A stretch of 64,000 nucleotides of DNA from Malacoraja senta (Eukaryota), in NCBI GenBank assembly GCA_038087875.1, contig CM075989.1, positions 6,946,001-7,010,000 on the forward strand. Reading direction: 5' to 3'. The translations under genes were made by a program, and so were the position numbers. Under the pieces are notes generated by a model. The model did not search any database and was not told the DNA's origin. It saw only the letters and a list, made by a program, of their open reading frames with translations. Positions within the stretch are counted from its first letter, which is position 1. Every line of letters starts with the position of its first letter. Positions 38,620-52,949 of the stretch are shown here, piece after piece.

Positions 38620-39135
38620 CTGCAAACAGACAGAACATCAAATGTTAGACAACTACCCGTAGATGTTCAAAGCAAATCGCTTTACTCAGAAGGTCAGGCA
38701 GCATTTATCGAATATTGCCTACTTCCCGACATAACTTGTTGGGATTGAGTCAACTTCGGTTACAAAAATACAATGATTTATTGGGGATAGACACAAAGTG
38801 CTGGAGTAACTCAGCGGGTCAGGCACGATGTTTCGGCTCGGGACACTCCGGGTCCCAAACGTCACCCATCCTTTTTCTCCAGAGATGCTGCCTGACCCGC
38901 TGAGATACTCCAACACTTCATGTATGCACCAGCATCTGCGGTTCCATTCGATACATATGATTTGTTCGGTTCAGTTTGGTTGCAGTTTGGATTTGGCATA
39001 ATTAGGTTCAGGTTGGGTTTAATATTTAAAACCAACCAGATCTGGATGCAGGAGGAGAAATAGAGTTCAGGATTAGGATCGATGGTCTTTTATCAGAACT
39101 AGAAAAAGCTAGATATAAAACATCTTGCATCTTAA

Positions 39136-39682
39136 AAGGGCTGTCCCACTTGGGCGACCTAATTGGCGATTTTAGAAGAGTTTGAAAAAATGACATGTTG
39201 AAGACCTCCTTCGACTATGTAGAAGACCTCCTTCGACCTCCTTCGACTATGTTGAAGACCAGCTTCGACTAGCTACGACTAACTTCGGGAAAATTGGACA
39301 CCGAATAGTGGAAAGTGAAGACGACCTCCTTCGACCTCCTTCGACCTCCCTTCGACCTCCCTTCGACTATGTTGAAGACTATCTACGACTACCTTCGACT
39401 ACCCTCGATTACCTACGACTAACATGCCGACCTACTACGACTAAACCTACGAGTAAAAAAAGAATTTCCCATGGCGACCTTTTTTTACTCGCGGACATTT
39501 TTTAACATATTGAAAAAAACACTGCAACCTAGCTGAGGCCTCAAGTACGTGGAGACCACTCACGAGCATGAAGGAGAGATACGAAGACCTCCTACGACCT
39601 CGTGTCGACCATGCTGCGAGTATGAGTCGAGGGCAAACTCGCCAGAACTCGCGGATTAGGTCGCCCAAGTGGGACAGGCCCT
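39136..39682. mobile_element. PIF/Harbinger-type MITE (547 bp)
   Basis: TIR (AAGGG/AGGGC)CTGTCCCACTTGGGCGACCTAAT; TAA TSD; internal CCTTCGAC/CTACGAC repeats. Confidence 0.88.
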
Positions 39683-40013
39683 TAACTCTGACTTTTATTT
39701 TAACTCTAAACTTTTCCCAGTTCTGGTAGAAGATTATCAACCAATGTTTCCCCTGCTATTGATGCTGCCTGACTTGCTGAATACTTCCAACATTTTCAGT
39801 TCTAAATCATGCGATTTTAGTTTAGTTTAAAGATACAGCGCTGAAATGGGCCCTTCGGCCCACCTGATCCGCAAAAACAAGCAATCCCCGCACATTAACA
39901 CTATCCTGCACACATTAGGGACAACATGTTCTGCCAGACCTTCAAACTGACAGAACATCAAATGTTAGACAACTACCCACAGATATTCGGGTCAGTAAGT
40001 GAAGAGTGTATAC

Positions 40014-40160
40014 CAGGGGTGGGGAACCTGCGACCTTTAGGCCGCATGCGGCCTTCTAAGCCATTAAGTGCGGCCTTTTGAATGAATCCAAATTTTGAAG
40101 AACAAATCTTTTTATTATTATTAATATGTTTTTGTTCATCTTTTATTATTTTAATTTTAA
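40014..40160 (+). mobile_element. hAT (Charlie-like) element, left end only
   Basis: CAGGGGTGGGGAACCTGCG... followed by TGCGGCC subterminal repeats; no right end seen. Confidence 0.55.
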
Positions 40161-40522
40161 TCTCCATTCCAGTCGGCCCGTGGGACAGGCCTTGCGGTGA
40201 CCACCCGGCATACGCGCAGCAACAGCTTCCGGTAAGGTTGAACTTACCGCATGCTCGTGGGACGCATCCGCGCGGCGCTCCCGCGGCATACGCGCGGCGC
40301 TCCCGCGGTAGCCGCGCGGTCCCCGCTTCCGGGGACGCCGCGCTTCACAGCCAGTAACCGCCTGCCCGTGGGACAGAGACATTCAGTACTCAGGTGCTTT
40401 TATCTGAAAGATTTCAGCTGGTGGGGGGGAGGTGGGCTAGTGGCAGTGGAGATAATATTGTCTACCACTAACATTGTATCATAGTCCCAGGCGTCTAAGG
40501 TGCTCCATTCCCACCATTCATT

Positions 40523-40843
40523 TTAGTTTAGTTTACTTTTAGTTTAGAGATACAGTGTGGAAACAGGCCCTTCGCCCCACTGAGTCCGTGCCGACCAGCG
40601 TTCCCCATGCACTAGCACTATTCTACACACAGGGACAATTTATCTTTTTCTTTTCCAAAACCAAATTAACTTACGGAAAACCTGTACTTCTTTAGAATGT
40701 GCGAGGAAACAGGACCTTCTGGGGAAAACCCATGTGGTCACAGGATTAAAGTACAAACTCCGTACAGACAACACACATAGTGAGGATTTAACCCGGGTGT
40801 CTGGTGCTGTAAGGCAGCAACTCTATTGTTGCGCCACTGTGCC
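40523..40843 (-). mobile_element. tRNA-derived SINE
   Basis: A and B boxes, tail. Confidence 0.85.
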
Positions 40844-41721
40844 ACAGTTGACATTGACTTCAATGGAACAGATGGCCCCATAGCAGAAGCGTCCACACCG
40901 CGGGGCTGGAAACTGGAAGTATCCTGAGCTAATTCTGCTACCACTATCATCTATTGCGACGTGATGGCTTCCCCTGATTGTCACCGGAAGCTTGTGTCCT
41001 TTTCAGGACAGACGATGACAGCGAGGCCAACATTTGTAACAAGATGGACACGACAAGAAGAAGAATGGAAAGGATTATCAAGACTGGCACACAATGGCTA
41101 AAACTGCTATGCCTATAAGCACCCGTGACCAGACATGACTTTCGACATGCATTAACACAAAGTGCTGGAGTAACTCAATGGGTCAGGCAGCATCTCTGGA
41201 GATCATGTATCTCCTGTCTACCTACCTATCTTTGGAAAGGGGATTGCAAGTGAGGCTCTCTGAACGTGGCTGACTTCAGAGATGGAAATGAAGGTAATAC
41301 AGGTGCGATAACTTAACCGGAGGAGTGTACAGGATGACTGACTGCACAGCTACATCATCAATCAGTGACACCACAAGACACCTAGAAACATAGAAACATA
41401 GGTGCAGGAAAAGGCCATTCGGCCCTTCGAGCCAGCACCGCCATTCAATATGATCATGGCTGATCATCTAAAATCAGTACCCCATTCCTGCTTTTTCTCC
41501 ACTTGGGATTTGGGGCCTAACTATGGTCACATGAACATCAGCCTACCACCATGGAGGGAGATGGAGGACCTGCTTCTTCATGCCAGTGATAAGTCAATGC
41601 TTTCACTTGGTGGAGTTAGACATTTACCCATGTATGTAATGGGCTCTACATTTATTATTCCAGCCTCATATGAACGTTGACAATGGTTTACAGTGTCGGA
41701 GTGCATTTGATTCATACAGAC

Positions 41722-41832
41722 CTGCTTCACCACAGTCATAATCCTGACCAGCCAGCGTTGAAACCAAGTTCCAGTTGAGCTCTGAATCTCAATGAATTCA
41801 TCCATTTGTCTCGGGGTTTTTATATGGGAGAC
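41722..41832 (-). CDS. SV2B: SV2B exon: VSHIKTPRQMDEFIEIQSSTGTWFQRWLVRIMTVVKQ
   Basis: 111 bp, phase 0/0; tttcAG and GTctgt; KTPxQMDEFIEIQSSTGTW is diagnostic for SV2B. Confidence 0.96.
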
Positions 41833-42666
41833 CTGAAATAGATAAGATTCTTGATGCATTGGCGTTGATCTTCTGCCATCCTTCCCCTCCCATTTCTTCA
41901 TCCCCTCAAATCACAGAAGCATTAACATGTCGGGCAAGTATTTCGTGAAGTGATAATAGTCAGGTTTCCACTGACGGACTGACCTACACTTGGCAGGTTG
42001 GGAATGAGAGAGCGTGTAAGAGAAATAGAGGGGAACTGAGATGCAGGGAAGTGAATGAGGAGAAATCAGGAAAGAAGGTTCAGAGGAAGATGTAGAGAGA
42101 GAGAGGCAAGGCGGATAAGAGGAAGAACAATGGGGAGGAAGAGCTGTAGATATAGCTGGGTTGGTTGGTGGGCAGGAGCGAGGAAAGAGCAAGTGGCTAG
42201 AGGGAGAGAGGGGCAGGGGAGAACAGTGTTGGCGGGAGGGCAACTCATCTCAAGCCATTCCTCTAGCATATTAAAAAAATGACTGTTCTCAATAACGCAC
42301 TTGTTTAGTTGAAAGGTGCAGCAAAGTATAACAGGCTCTTTGGCCCAACAAGTCCACAATGACCATTCACACTCGTTCTCCGTCATCACATTTTCGCATC
42401 CACTCTTTACCACACAAGGGACCATTTACAGAGGCCAATAACCTACAAACCCATCTTTGGGACGTGGGAGGAAACAGGAGTATCTGGAGGAAGCCCATGC
42501 GGTCACAGGGAGAACGGGCGAACTCCACAAAAGCAGAAGCTGAGGTCGGGATCGAACCCGGGTCGCTCGCTTGCTCGGTGAGGCAGCAGCTCCACCGGCT
42601 ATGCCACTGTGCCGCCAGAGAGTGGCACCATATTGAGATTGTTTATTGAGATCATTCTCAGCTCAC

Positions 42667-42756
42667 CGTGAAGACGGCCTCTGGATGACCCTTAGCTCTC
42701 ATGTTTGTGTCATAAATCTTCTTTAAAACCATCCAGGCTTCATCGTGCTTCCCGAT
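42667..42756 (-). CDS. SV2B: SV2B exon: IGKHDEAWMVLKKIYDTNMRAKGHPEAVFT
   Basis: 90 bp, phase 0/0; tttcatAG and GTgag; not in the ORF track, translated by hand. Confidence 0.96.
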
Positions 42757-42974
42757 CTATGAAACAGAAAGATAATAAAACATTAACTTTAGAAACCTGA
42801 ATTATCACAGCCGAGAGAGTGGTTTGAAAACGCAGGAACAGATTCTTCCCAGCTGTTATCAGGCAACTGAATCATCCGCTCACCAACTAGAGAGCGTTCC
42901 TGACCCACTATCGACCTCAATGGAGACCCTCGGACTATCTTTAATCAGACTTTACTGGACTTTATATTGCGCTA

Positions 42975-43483
42975 AACATAGAAACATAGAAATTAGGTGC
43001 AGGAGTAGGCCATTCGGCCCTTCGAGCCTGCACCGCCATTCAATATGATCATGGCTGATCATCCAACTCAGTATCCCGTACCTGCCTTCTCTCCATACCC
43101 CCTGATCCCTTTAGCCACAAGGGCCACATCTAACTCCCTCTTAAATATAGCCAATGAACTGGCCTCGACTACCCTCTGTGGCAGAGAGTTCCAGAGATTC
43201 ACCACTCTCTGTGTGAAAAAAGTTCTTCTCATCTCGGTTTTAAAGGATTTCCCCCTTATCCTTAAGCTGTGACCCCTTGTCCTGGACTTCCCCAACATCG
43301 GGAACAATCTTCCTGCATCTAGCCTGTCCAACCCCATAAGAATTTTGTAAGTTTCTATAAGATCCCCTCTCAATCTCCTAAATTCTAGAGAGTATAAACC
43401 AAGTCTATCCAGTCTTTCTTCATAAGACAGTCCTGACATCCCAGGAATCAGTCTGGTGAACCTTCTCTGCACTCCCTCTATGG
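42975..43483 (-). mobile_element. Young CR1 3' end inserted in the 3' UTR of a Rex1-like element (about 42820-43545)
   Basis: ORF 43068..43472 is the CR1 ORF2 C-terminus; the flanks rejoin as the same tail seen at 35340-35830. Confidence 0.88.
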
Positions 43484-44419
43484 CGTGATTATTCCCTTTA
43501 TCCTGTATCTGTACAGTGCGAACGGCGTGATTGTACTTGTAGATTGGCTATTTCATACTAGCCAATTATAGTGCTTGTCAGTAGTAGCCCCGCCTAGTAT
43601 GTACTTTATAATATCGAGAAGTCCTTTATGTTAGTTAGTAGCGGTAGCAGCTCGGAGCTGTAACGTCTGTAGATCCAAACACCTTCTTCCCCACTTTATC
43701 TACCTACCAAGAGCTGTACAGCAGTGAAAAAGGCATTTCGGCTCATCTTGTCCATGCCGACCAAGTTCGAGTCCCATCTGCCTGCATTTGGCCCATATCC
43801 CTCTAAACTTTTCCGATCTATATATATGTCCAAATGCCTTTTAAAAGTCACAATTGCCGCTTCTATGGCTTCATCTGGCCACCAGTTCTGGATACCGATT
43901 GCCCTCTGAGTGAAACAAGTTGGCCCTGAGGTAACTCTTACATCTCTCCGTTCTCATCTTAATCCTATGGTCTCTAATTTCCCTGGGAAAAAATACTGTG
44001 AGCGTTTCACTTTATCCATGCCCCTCATGCTCCTGTACACCTTGGTTAGATCAGCCCACAGCCCCCTGCACTGCAAAGGAAAAATGTCCCAGCCAATTCA
44101 ACCTCTCCCTAGAACTCCAGCCCACAAGCCCCAGATAACCTCCTCATGAATCTCCCCTGCACCATTTCCAACTTAATGACATCCTTCCTCCAGCTGGGCA
44201 TCTAGAACTACACACGATCACCATACAATGCCCATTAAAATATTTCTCCAGGCACAGACCATCATCACCCTGCATATATTGAGTATGTTTGGTTGTTCAA
44301 CACAGGATAACACAATGCACGAGATGAGTGAAAGATTCCAAGGTTTGAACAAATCTATAGTGGGTTAGACTGGCTCTGTTAGAGATCAGTGCAGTGGATA
44401 CAGTTTGCAGTGTGCTCAC

Positions 44420-44553
44420 CTCCAGTAAGTAGCGTGGGCTCTCCGGCATGAACATAAGACCAAGGAGGGAAGAGAGGGAAGGCAGAGCACACAATACGAC
44501 AAACAGGCGCCAACTGTGGAATTGGAAGGATGAACCCATGCTGAATCCCCAGC
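44420..44553 (-). CDS. SV2B: SV2B exon: WGFSMGSSFQFHSWRLFVVLCALPSLSSLLGLMFMPESPRYLLE
   Basis: 134 bp; ttacAG and GTgag; PESPR motif of sugar-porter-like MFS proteins; lies in ORF 44297..44584. Confidence 0.96.
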
Positions 44554-46737
44554 CTGTAACAAATAGAACAATATGTGAAGCCACAGTGACACCTGTGCCA
44601 GCTTAGGTTAAAGAACAGTGTTGAGACAAGTTCTCTATCCATTGATGAGGTTTTCCTTTACATTGGACCTTCTCCCTTTCTTGGGAATACTGATTTGGAG
44701 CACCGCAGACTGCAGCCGACCTTCCGCATGTCGTTTAGTTTAGAGATACAGCATACAGACAGGCCCTTCAGCCCACAGTGGCCGTGCTAACCAGCAATCA
44801 CCCAAACACTAGGTCGGACCGAACGCCACAGGAGATCCTACTTCCCCGTGGCTATCAAACTTTACAACTCCTCCCCCTTCTGTTGTGGGTGGATTGAGAC
44901 TGACTCCCCTAACCACCCCCACCGCCCCCCCCCCCCACACCCCTCCACCCCCACCCCCACCATCCCAATCTTTGCACATCCCCCAAACCTTTCCACTCGT
45001 GACTCTAATTTCATTTTTCATGTATTTTGTGTTTTGTGTATTTTGTGTTTTTATGACTGTTTGCAGATTAATTTCCTCCTGGGATAAATAAAGTTCTGTC
45101 GTATCGTATCGGGACAATCTCCAGAAGCCAATTAACCTACAAACTCCATGTCCAGTTTAATTTAGTTTAGAGATACAGCACTGAAACAGGCCCTTTGATC
45201 CACCTAGGCTGCACTCAACAGTGATGTCCGTACACAAGGAATATTCTACACACTGGGGACAATTTACATTTTTTTTTTACCAAACCCAATTAACCTACAA
45301 ACCTGTATGACTTTGTAATGTAGGAGGAAACCAGTGCTCCAGGAGAAAACAGGGAGAGCGTACAAACTCCGTACAGACAGCACGTGTAGTCAAGGTCTCT
45401 GGTGATGTAAGGTAGCACTGTGCCGCCCCTAATGTAATGGTTCTTCATATGGGCTAGGCTAGGCACTTTATTGTCAGTAGAAACATTGAGCAGAAGGAAG
45501 CACCTCTGGACTGTGCAGTGCTTGGTAATAATCAGAAGCGGAAAGAACACCTTAACTTTTGTGTCAGGAAAATATCTTGATGTAGGGTAATGCTCTTGCA
45601 CAAGTGAGGGGAGCATTCTTTTCATACTCTGAGTGTGTGTGAGGCTTATCACACGTAGGCCATTCGGGTGGGACTTCTGAGTGTATCAGACACAAATGCT
45701 GGAGTAATCTGAGAGTCTTTTATGGAGCTGGTCGGGATGAGCCATGACAAGGACCCTTGCATCATTCTACCGACCCTTGTTGCAATCCCACAATCTGCAA
45801 AGAGGTGGGCAACCATCTCCTCACCACGTGTAGGAAAGAACTTCAGATGCTGGTTTAACTCGAAGGTTGACACAAAATGCTGGACTAACTCAGCGGGACA
45901 GGCAGCATCTCTGGAGAGAAGGAATGGGGGAGGTTTTGAGTCGAGAAGTAGTAGCCGTACTGAGGGCAGAGTGCATCAGTAGTACTAGATGGGCCGAAGG
46001 GCCTGTATCTCAAAACAAAACATTGATCTAGTATGAATGGGTGACTGATGGTTTGGCATGGTGGGCCGAAGGGCCTGTTTCCATACTGTATCCCTGAACT
46101 AAATCTAAGCTAGAAATAGATTTCGGTTGTAGAACAGGCAAGGGCCATGAGACCTCCACCTGCTTCTATTTCTTAACTTATTATCACTTAAAAGTGGGGC
46201 TGTCGAGAAAATACTTGATTCTGTCTCATCTCAAGCAACTCGTATAGATTCTCACTCAACTAAGTTTTATTAAACCAGGAAACTGTAACTGCATGGTTCA
46301 GGACAGGCTCCAGATCTTCACTGTGATCTCTTCAAACTGTCGCAATAACAGGAACAGCTGAATATCAATGATGCTTTGAATGTGCATTTAATCAAATTAA
46401 AAATCATGCAAACCAGCACTAAACATGCCAAAAGCACTATAAATAATGTGGAGCAGCTATCAAATCAGTAGCAACATCTTTGGAAATGATTTAATTCTGC
46501 CAACGAGAGAATTCTGTCCTGTTGGTGCTGGAGTCCTGTAACTGCGTTCGGAAGCGAGCCAATCCCTCCCATCAGTTACATCTGAATCCATGGTCTAGAA
46601 ATCGTGCTGCCTTCCCCAGCCATCTGCTGCAAAGACTTGTACATCCACATAAACTCTACGACCAAAGTAAAAAACATTTAGACTGCCCTCCAATGTGTCG
46701 TCATCTGACTGTAGCACCTTGCAGACATTCTGCATTA

Positions 46738-47751
<1,014 letters not shown>

Positions 47752-49337
47752 TTAGAGTCACAGAGTCAGAGACCTGCACAACATGGAAACAGGCCCTTCG
47801 GCCCAACTTGTCCATGCCAACCAAGATGGCATCCTGGCTTCATTCCATTTGCCTGTATTTGACCTCCAGCCCTCTAAACCTTTCCTATCTATATATCTCT
47901 CAATGTCTTTTAAGTGCTGTAATTCTCTCCACTTCCAGTTCCCTCTGACAGATCGTTCCAGATATGAACTACCCTCTGAGTAAAAAAGTTGCCTCTGAGG
48001 TTACTCCTAAATCCTTCCTCTCTCACCTTAAGCCTATACCCTCGATTTTTAGAATCCTTTACCCCAGGGAGAAAGACTGTGATCATTCACTTTACCCATG
48101 CCCTCGTTGTCTTGTGCACCTCAGTAAGGTCACCCCTCAGATTCCTATGCTCCAAAGAAAACCACCCCATCTTATGCAGCTTCACCCTATAATTCGAGCC
48201 TACAATTCCCTGTAATGAGTTGTGAATCTCCTTTGTACCCTTTCCAACAGAGAGAGACATAGAGAGTCTTACAGCGTAGAAACAGGCCCTTCGGCCCAAC
48301 TTGCCCATGCCGACCGACATACCTCATCTGCACTAGTCCCACCTGCCTGCTTTTCACCAATATCCTTCCAAACCTATCCTATCCATGTACCTATTTAAAT
48401 GCTTTTTAAACGTTGTTAGTACCTGCCTCAACTACGTCCTCCGGCAGCTTATTTCATACACCCACCACTCTTTGTGTAAAAAAAGTTGCCCCTCAGGTTC
48501 CTATTAAATCTTTCCACCCTCACCTTAAACCTATGTCCTCTATTCTCGATTCCCCTACTCTGGGCAAAATATCTGTGTGTTTACAAGGGATCTAAGCTCA
48601 TCAAGGCTACCAAATTGAACCTTTTAATATGTATTACCTCTCGTGCAAAGTGAACACCACCCTAACCATTGCTGTTTGTGGGATCTGGCTACAGTCAAAG
48701 TTGCCCACCATGATTCCCATTCGGAAGCTGAAACTATTACTTTATAGATACTCAAATGACCACGAAGCACATTAGTACATTCCAAGATTGTGGAAATATG
48801 CTTCCTACAGGAAAAAACATTACTTGATGAGACTAATATTTGAATAATTAACCACAAGAAATCAATTACATTTGATTATGCCATCTGCACACCACTTCCA
48901 AAATCCACTTCTGCTGACTTCAATTGGATCGAACTGCAGAAGTGGAGAGCTGCTAATAGTATATTGAGTGCAAAATGGTTTCTAATGTCGCCATCAGGAG
49001 CATACACCCAGACAGGGACGAGAAATGTTCAATGTTCAATAGTACTTTAGTGTAACTTTACCAAAGCACAGTGACATTTTTTTTTGCATAAATTTCAGCG
49101 ACAATCCTACTACACATCAGGCACAAATAAGAGTGTAAGGTAGCAGACCACACTGAGTCTGTTTTAGGTGCCATCTTGTGCCTCTCTAGTCCAAATCTTT
49201 TTTTAAAAGTTGTTAGTCTGAACTTGGCCATAAAGGCACGTTGTCCCATTGTCAAAGGTCACAATGGGATCTTTTATTATTCATGTTTAATGTTTTATGT
49301 GTCATTCCTAACTGTCACTGTATGTCATGTTGTCACT

Positions 49338-49479
49338 AGGCATGGGAGATTGCAACCTTCACGTGGTCTGCCCTGTTTCGACGAATGCAATCAACCTGGT
49401 GTGCACAATCAAATAAGATCAAATAGAACAAGTTGTCCTACAACTTTAGGCTGTGCACGCCATACGCAAGAAGAAGTAG
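49338..49479 (+). mobile_element. Short retroposon 3' end with an (AAG)n tail
   Basis: 11-bp TSD ATGTTGTCACT at 49327-49337 and 49480-49490; tail is RTE-like (inference). Confidence 0.65.
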
Positions 49480-49571
49480 ATGTTGTCACTTGTGGGTGGA
49501 GCACCAAGGCAAATTCCTTGTATGTGAATACTTGGCCAATAAACTTATTCATTCATTCATTCACTTTCAGT

Positions 49572-49864
49572 GGACTTTAGACTTTAGACATACAGTGCAG
49601 AAACAGGCCCTTCAGTGTACCGAGTCCACGTTGACCAGCGATCACCCCTTACACTGGCACCATGCTACACACTAGGGACAATTTACAATCTTACTGAAGC
49701 CAATTAACCAATTAACCTGTACATCTTTGGAGGTTGAGAGGAACTTGAAGCACGCGGTCACAAGGAGAATGTACTAACTCGGCACAGATAGCACCCGTAG
49801 TCAGGATCGAACCCGGGTCTCTGGCGCTGTAAGGCAGCAACTCTACCGCTGTGCCACTGTGCCA
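49572..49864 (-). mobile_element. tRNA-derived SINE
   Basis: A and B boxes, tail. Confidence 0.85.
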
Positions 49865-50532
49865 CTCAAGTAACAATATGAGATAGTGCTGGCACAATGC
49901 CTCTTGCAGTAACCATCTGCAAGGTTGCTACTCTAAGCGCTGGTGCACATTGTAATGGGAAGCCAAACATCCTTCTATCACACAGCCTATTAATATTGAA
50001 CTATATGATCCTGGCTTAGTAAACACTTGCTTCATCTGATCTGCAGGCACTGTAGACTTAAAGATTTAACCTGATTTAACTTAAACCAAGTAATATTATG
50101 TTTGGCCTCCAACTGGTTTAATTTGAGTTCTTGCAACTGCCAGGAAGGTCTTCCTTCTAAATTGTGCTGGATTCAAAGATAAGAACCACACATAGGATTT
50201 TCACACAGAAGGCTGTGGGTTTATGAAACAATCTGCCAGAGGAAGTGGTTGAGGCAGGTAGTACAATAATATTTAAGCAGGTACATAGATCGGAAAGATT
50301 TTGAGGGATATGGATCAAACATGAGAAACATCTTGGACAGCATGGATGAGTTGGGCTGAAGGGCCTGTTTCCAGGCTGTATGAATCTATGAGTATGATTC
50401 TATAACTGGAGCTGAACAGCATAATATGACACCCCCCCATCACCATCTAACACCACAATTAAGTGAAACATCAAGAAGCTGGTTTCTTTGAGAGCATAGA
50501 CAATGTTTTGCCACACTGTTGTGGGCTGTACT

Positions 50533-50841
50533 GTTAGTTTAGTTTAGTTTGATTTAGAGATACAGCGCAGAAACAGGCCCTTCGGCCCACCTTGTCCATG
50601 CTGACCAGCGATCCCGCACACTAACATTATCCTACACACACCAAGGACAATTTACACATACACCAACCCAAATAACCTCCAACCTATAAGTCTATGGAAT
50701 GTTGGAAGAAACCAGAGAAAACCCACGCAGGTCACAGGGAGAACGTACAAACTTCGTAAAGACAGGGCCTGTAGTTAGGATCGAACCTGGGTCTCTGGCG
50801 ATGTAAGGCTGCAACTCTACCGCTGCACCACCATGCTGCCC
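50533..50841 (-). mobile_element. tRNA-derived SINE
   Basis: A and B boxes, tail. Confidence 0.87.
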
Positions 50842-52433
50842 TGTTCGATGGTTTTATATCAGCTTATAAGCTATTGCTTGCTTCAGTGTCTGATTTCTGT
50901 TCCTATTTTAGTCAGCCCACCATTATGCTGAATTGGGATTCGGTTTGCTTTCTTACGATTAGAGTTTATTGTTCATTTTCACTTAAATAGTTAAAACCTG
51001 TTTGTTATCAAGATGTTTGGGGGTTTTGAAGTGTTGCAGTGTGGTTTACTGCTTGCTGTCTAGTGATATTGCCGCTGCATGTGAGATAGATTGTCAGGCA
51101 GGTTTGTGTAAGAATGAGTGAATGTCAGTTCAAGGTGAAGAACAATTGGCATCTGTTGTTTTGAAGGAACTACATTCTTTCTGTTTACTGTTCACAGTAA
51201 CCGTTGGCACCACATGATTAATCATCACAAGAAAACAGGTATAAATATCTCAAAAGACTTACTAAATCAAAGAAGAAAGCGAGATGTTTGAATCGTATAC
51301 AACACCGGTTAGCTAAAGCCTCTATTGTTCAGGTCATGGTTTTATAGGCAAGGTGTGTTTACATCAATGAGGGTACGAAAGTGATTGAAAAGGTTGAAAC
51401 AAAGAACTGCAGATGTTGGTTTATACCAAAGATATACACAAAGGGCTGAGGTAACTCAGCGGGTCAGGCAGCATCTCTGGAGTGTGTAGGTGAGGACTAG
51501 TTTACGGGTGATCGATGGTCGGCACAGTTTCAGTGGGCCGCACGGCCTGTGTCCACACTGTATCTCTGAACTAAACCCCATCAGGAGAAGGGTACTGACT
51601 TGATACGTCACCCATCCTTTTTCACCAGAGACACTGCCTGACTCACTGTGTTACTCCAGCCCTTTGTGTCTATCTTTGATTGAAACGGTTGTTAGTAGCT
51701 CTGGAGAATTTTAGTTCTGAGGAAAGGTTGACTGGGCTTAGATTATTTCTTCTGGAACAGAGAAGGTTGAAAGGAAGTGTAAATGAAAGAGTGAATGGGA
51801 AGGACTATTTCCCTCAGCAGATAGGCCATTAGTTGAAGGGCACAGATTTGTAATTGGTAAAGTGAGAGACGAGGAAAATATTTTTTTTATCTGCGGATGA
51901 TGAGAAGTTGGAAATTATTGACTTAAAAATGAAGCGTGATGGGGAGGAAACCTTATAGCATCTAAAAAATATGCTTGATGTCCTGGCTGCGGACCCAGCG
52001 ATAGGAAATGGGATGGCATTTGATGGAAATGATGGGCTGAATGGCCTGCTACTGCGCCATAAATTGTGGTTCAATGCAATTGGAAAATAATAGCAACGCA
52101 GTCAATTCTCCAACTGAGAAAATCAACACACCAATATCGTTTACATCTCCATGTCTCTACTGCTGGATTATTATGAGGCTTGATTTTGTGTGATTGCATT
52201 TCTCAGCGAGGATAGATTGCACTTTGTCTTGGAAATTCAGTTCCAACGGGACTGGATTTCAAAAGCATGGTAGGAGATGGGCAAATGACAACATTATTAT
52301 GCAAGTGCTAGGGAGAATAAACTGGGAGCAGCTGATAATGGTTAAGTTTACATCAGACAGGTGGGGATCATTCAAAGACTGTCTGACCGGAGTTCAGGTT
52401 TTGGCATGTTCTAGTAAGGAGGAGGGACAAGGA

Positions 52434-52949
52434 TAGGGTTGCCAACTGTCCCGTATTAGCCGACCCGACATCCTGAATCTTGGGCTAAATTGGTTTGTCC
52501 CGTACAGGACCGCCCTTGTCCCGTTTTTGACTGCTACTACTCGGGTTGAGGGGACCGTCGGGTCGGAACGCCGCGTCCGGCCCCGCCTCACCCATCTCGA
52601 CGTAGTCCAGCCCATGGAGTGCAGCAGCAGCAGTGCCTCGCCCGTGGCCCCATCGGTCGGCAGCCCGGCCAGCTGTCCGACCTTCGGACCCTCGCTTACC
52701 GCTGACGCCACTACCCCTCCTTCTCATGGCTGATCATCGGTTCATGAGTTGGATGGGATGCCGGACTTTGCGCGTGGGCCAAAACGCCTCAGCTGGCCCG
52801 CCGGCTGGGCTTTGTGTGCAGTCCAGCACCCGGGCCAACTCATCATTCACCCAGCCATGGCCAAGTTGGTCAACAAATTGCCGTCGGGAATTTGTCCCGT
52901 ATTTTGACCTTTTGTCCCTTATTTGGGGGTAAGAAAGTTGGCAACCCTT
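52434..52949. mobile_element. Non-autonomous hAT (Blackjack-like) transposon inserted in an old CR1 ORF2 remnant (about 52300-53120)
   Basis: TIR TAGGGTTGCCAACT / AGTTGGCAACCCTT; 8-bp TSD GA(C/T)AAGGA; TGTCCCG subterminal repeats. Confidence 0.88.

Noticed and set aside
39195..39450. Short repeated units that could suggest a CRISPR-like array
   Set aside because: They are irregular 7-11 bp subterminal repeats inside a MITE, with no unique spacers, in a vertebrate genome.
46510..46532. REST/RE1-like half sites (CAGCACC and GGACAG on minus)
   Set aside because: The spacer is 4 nt instead of the canonical 2, and the flanks match poorly.
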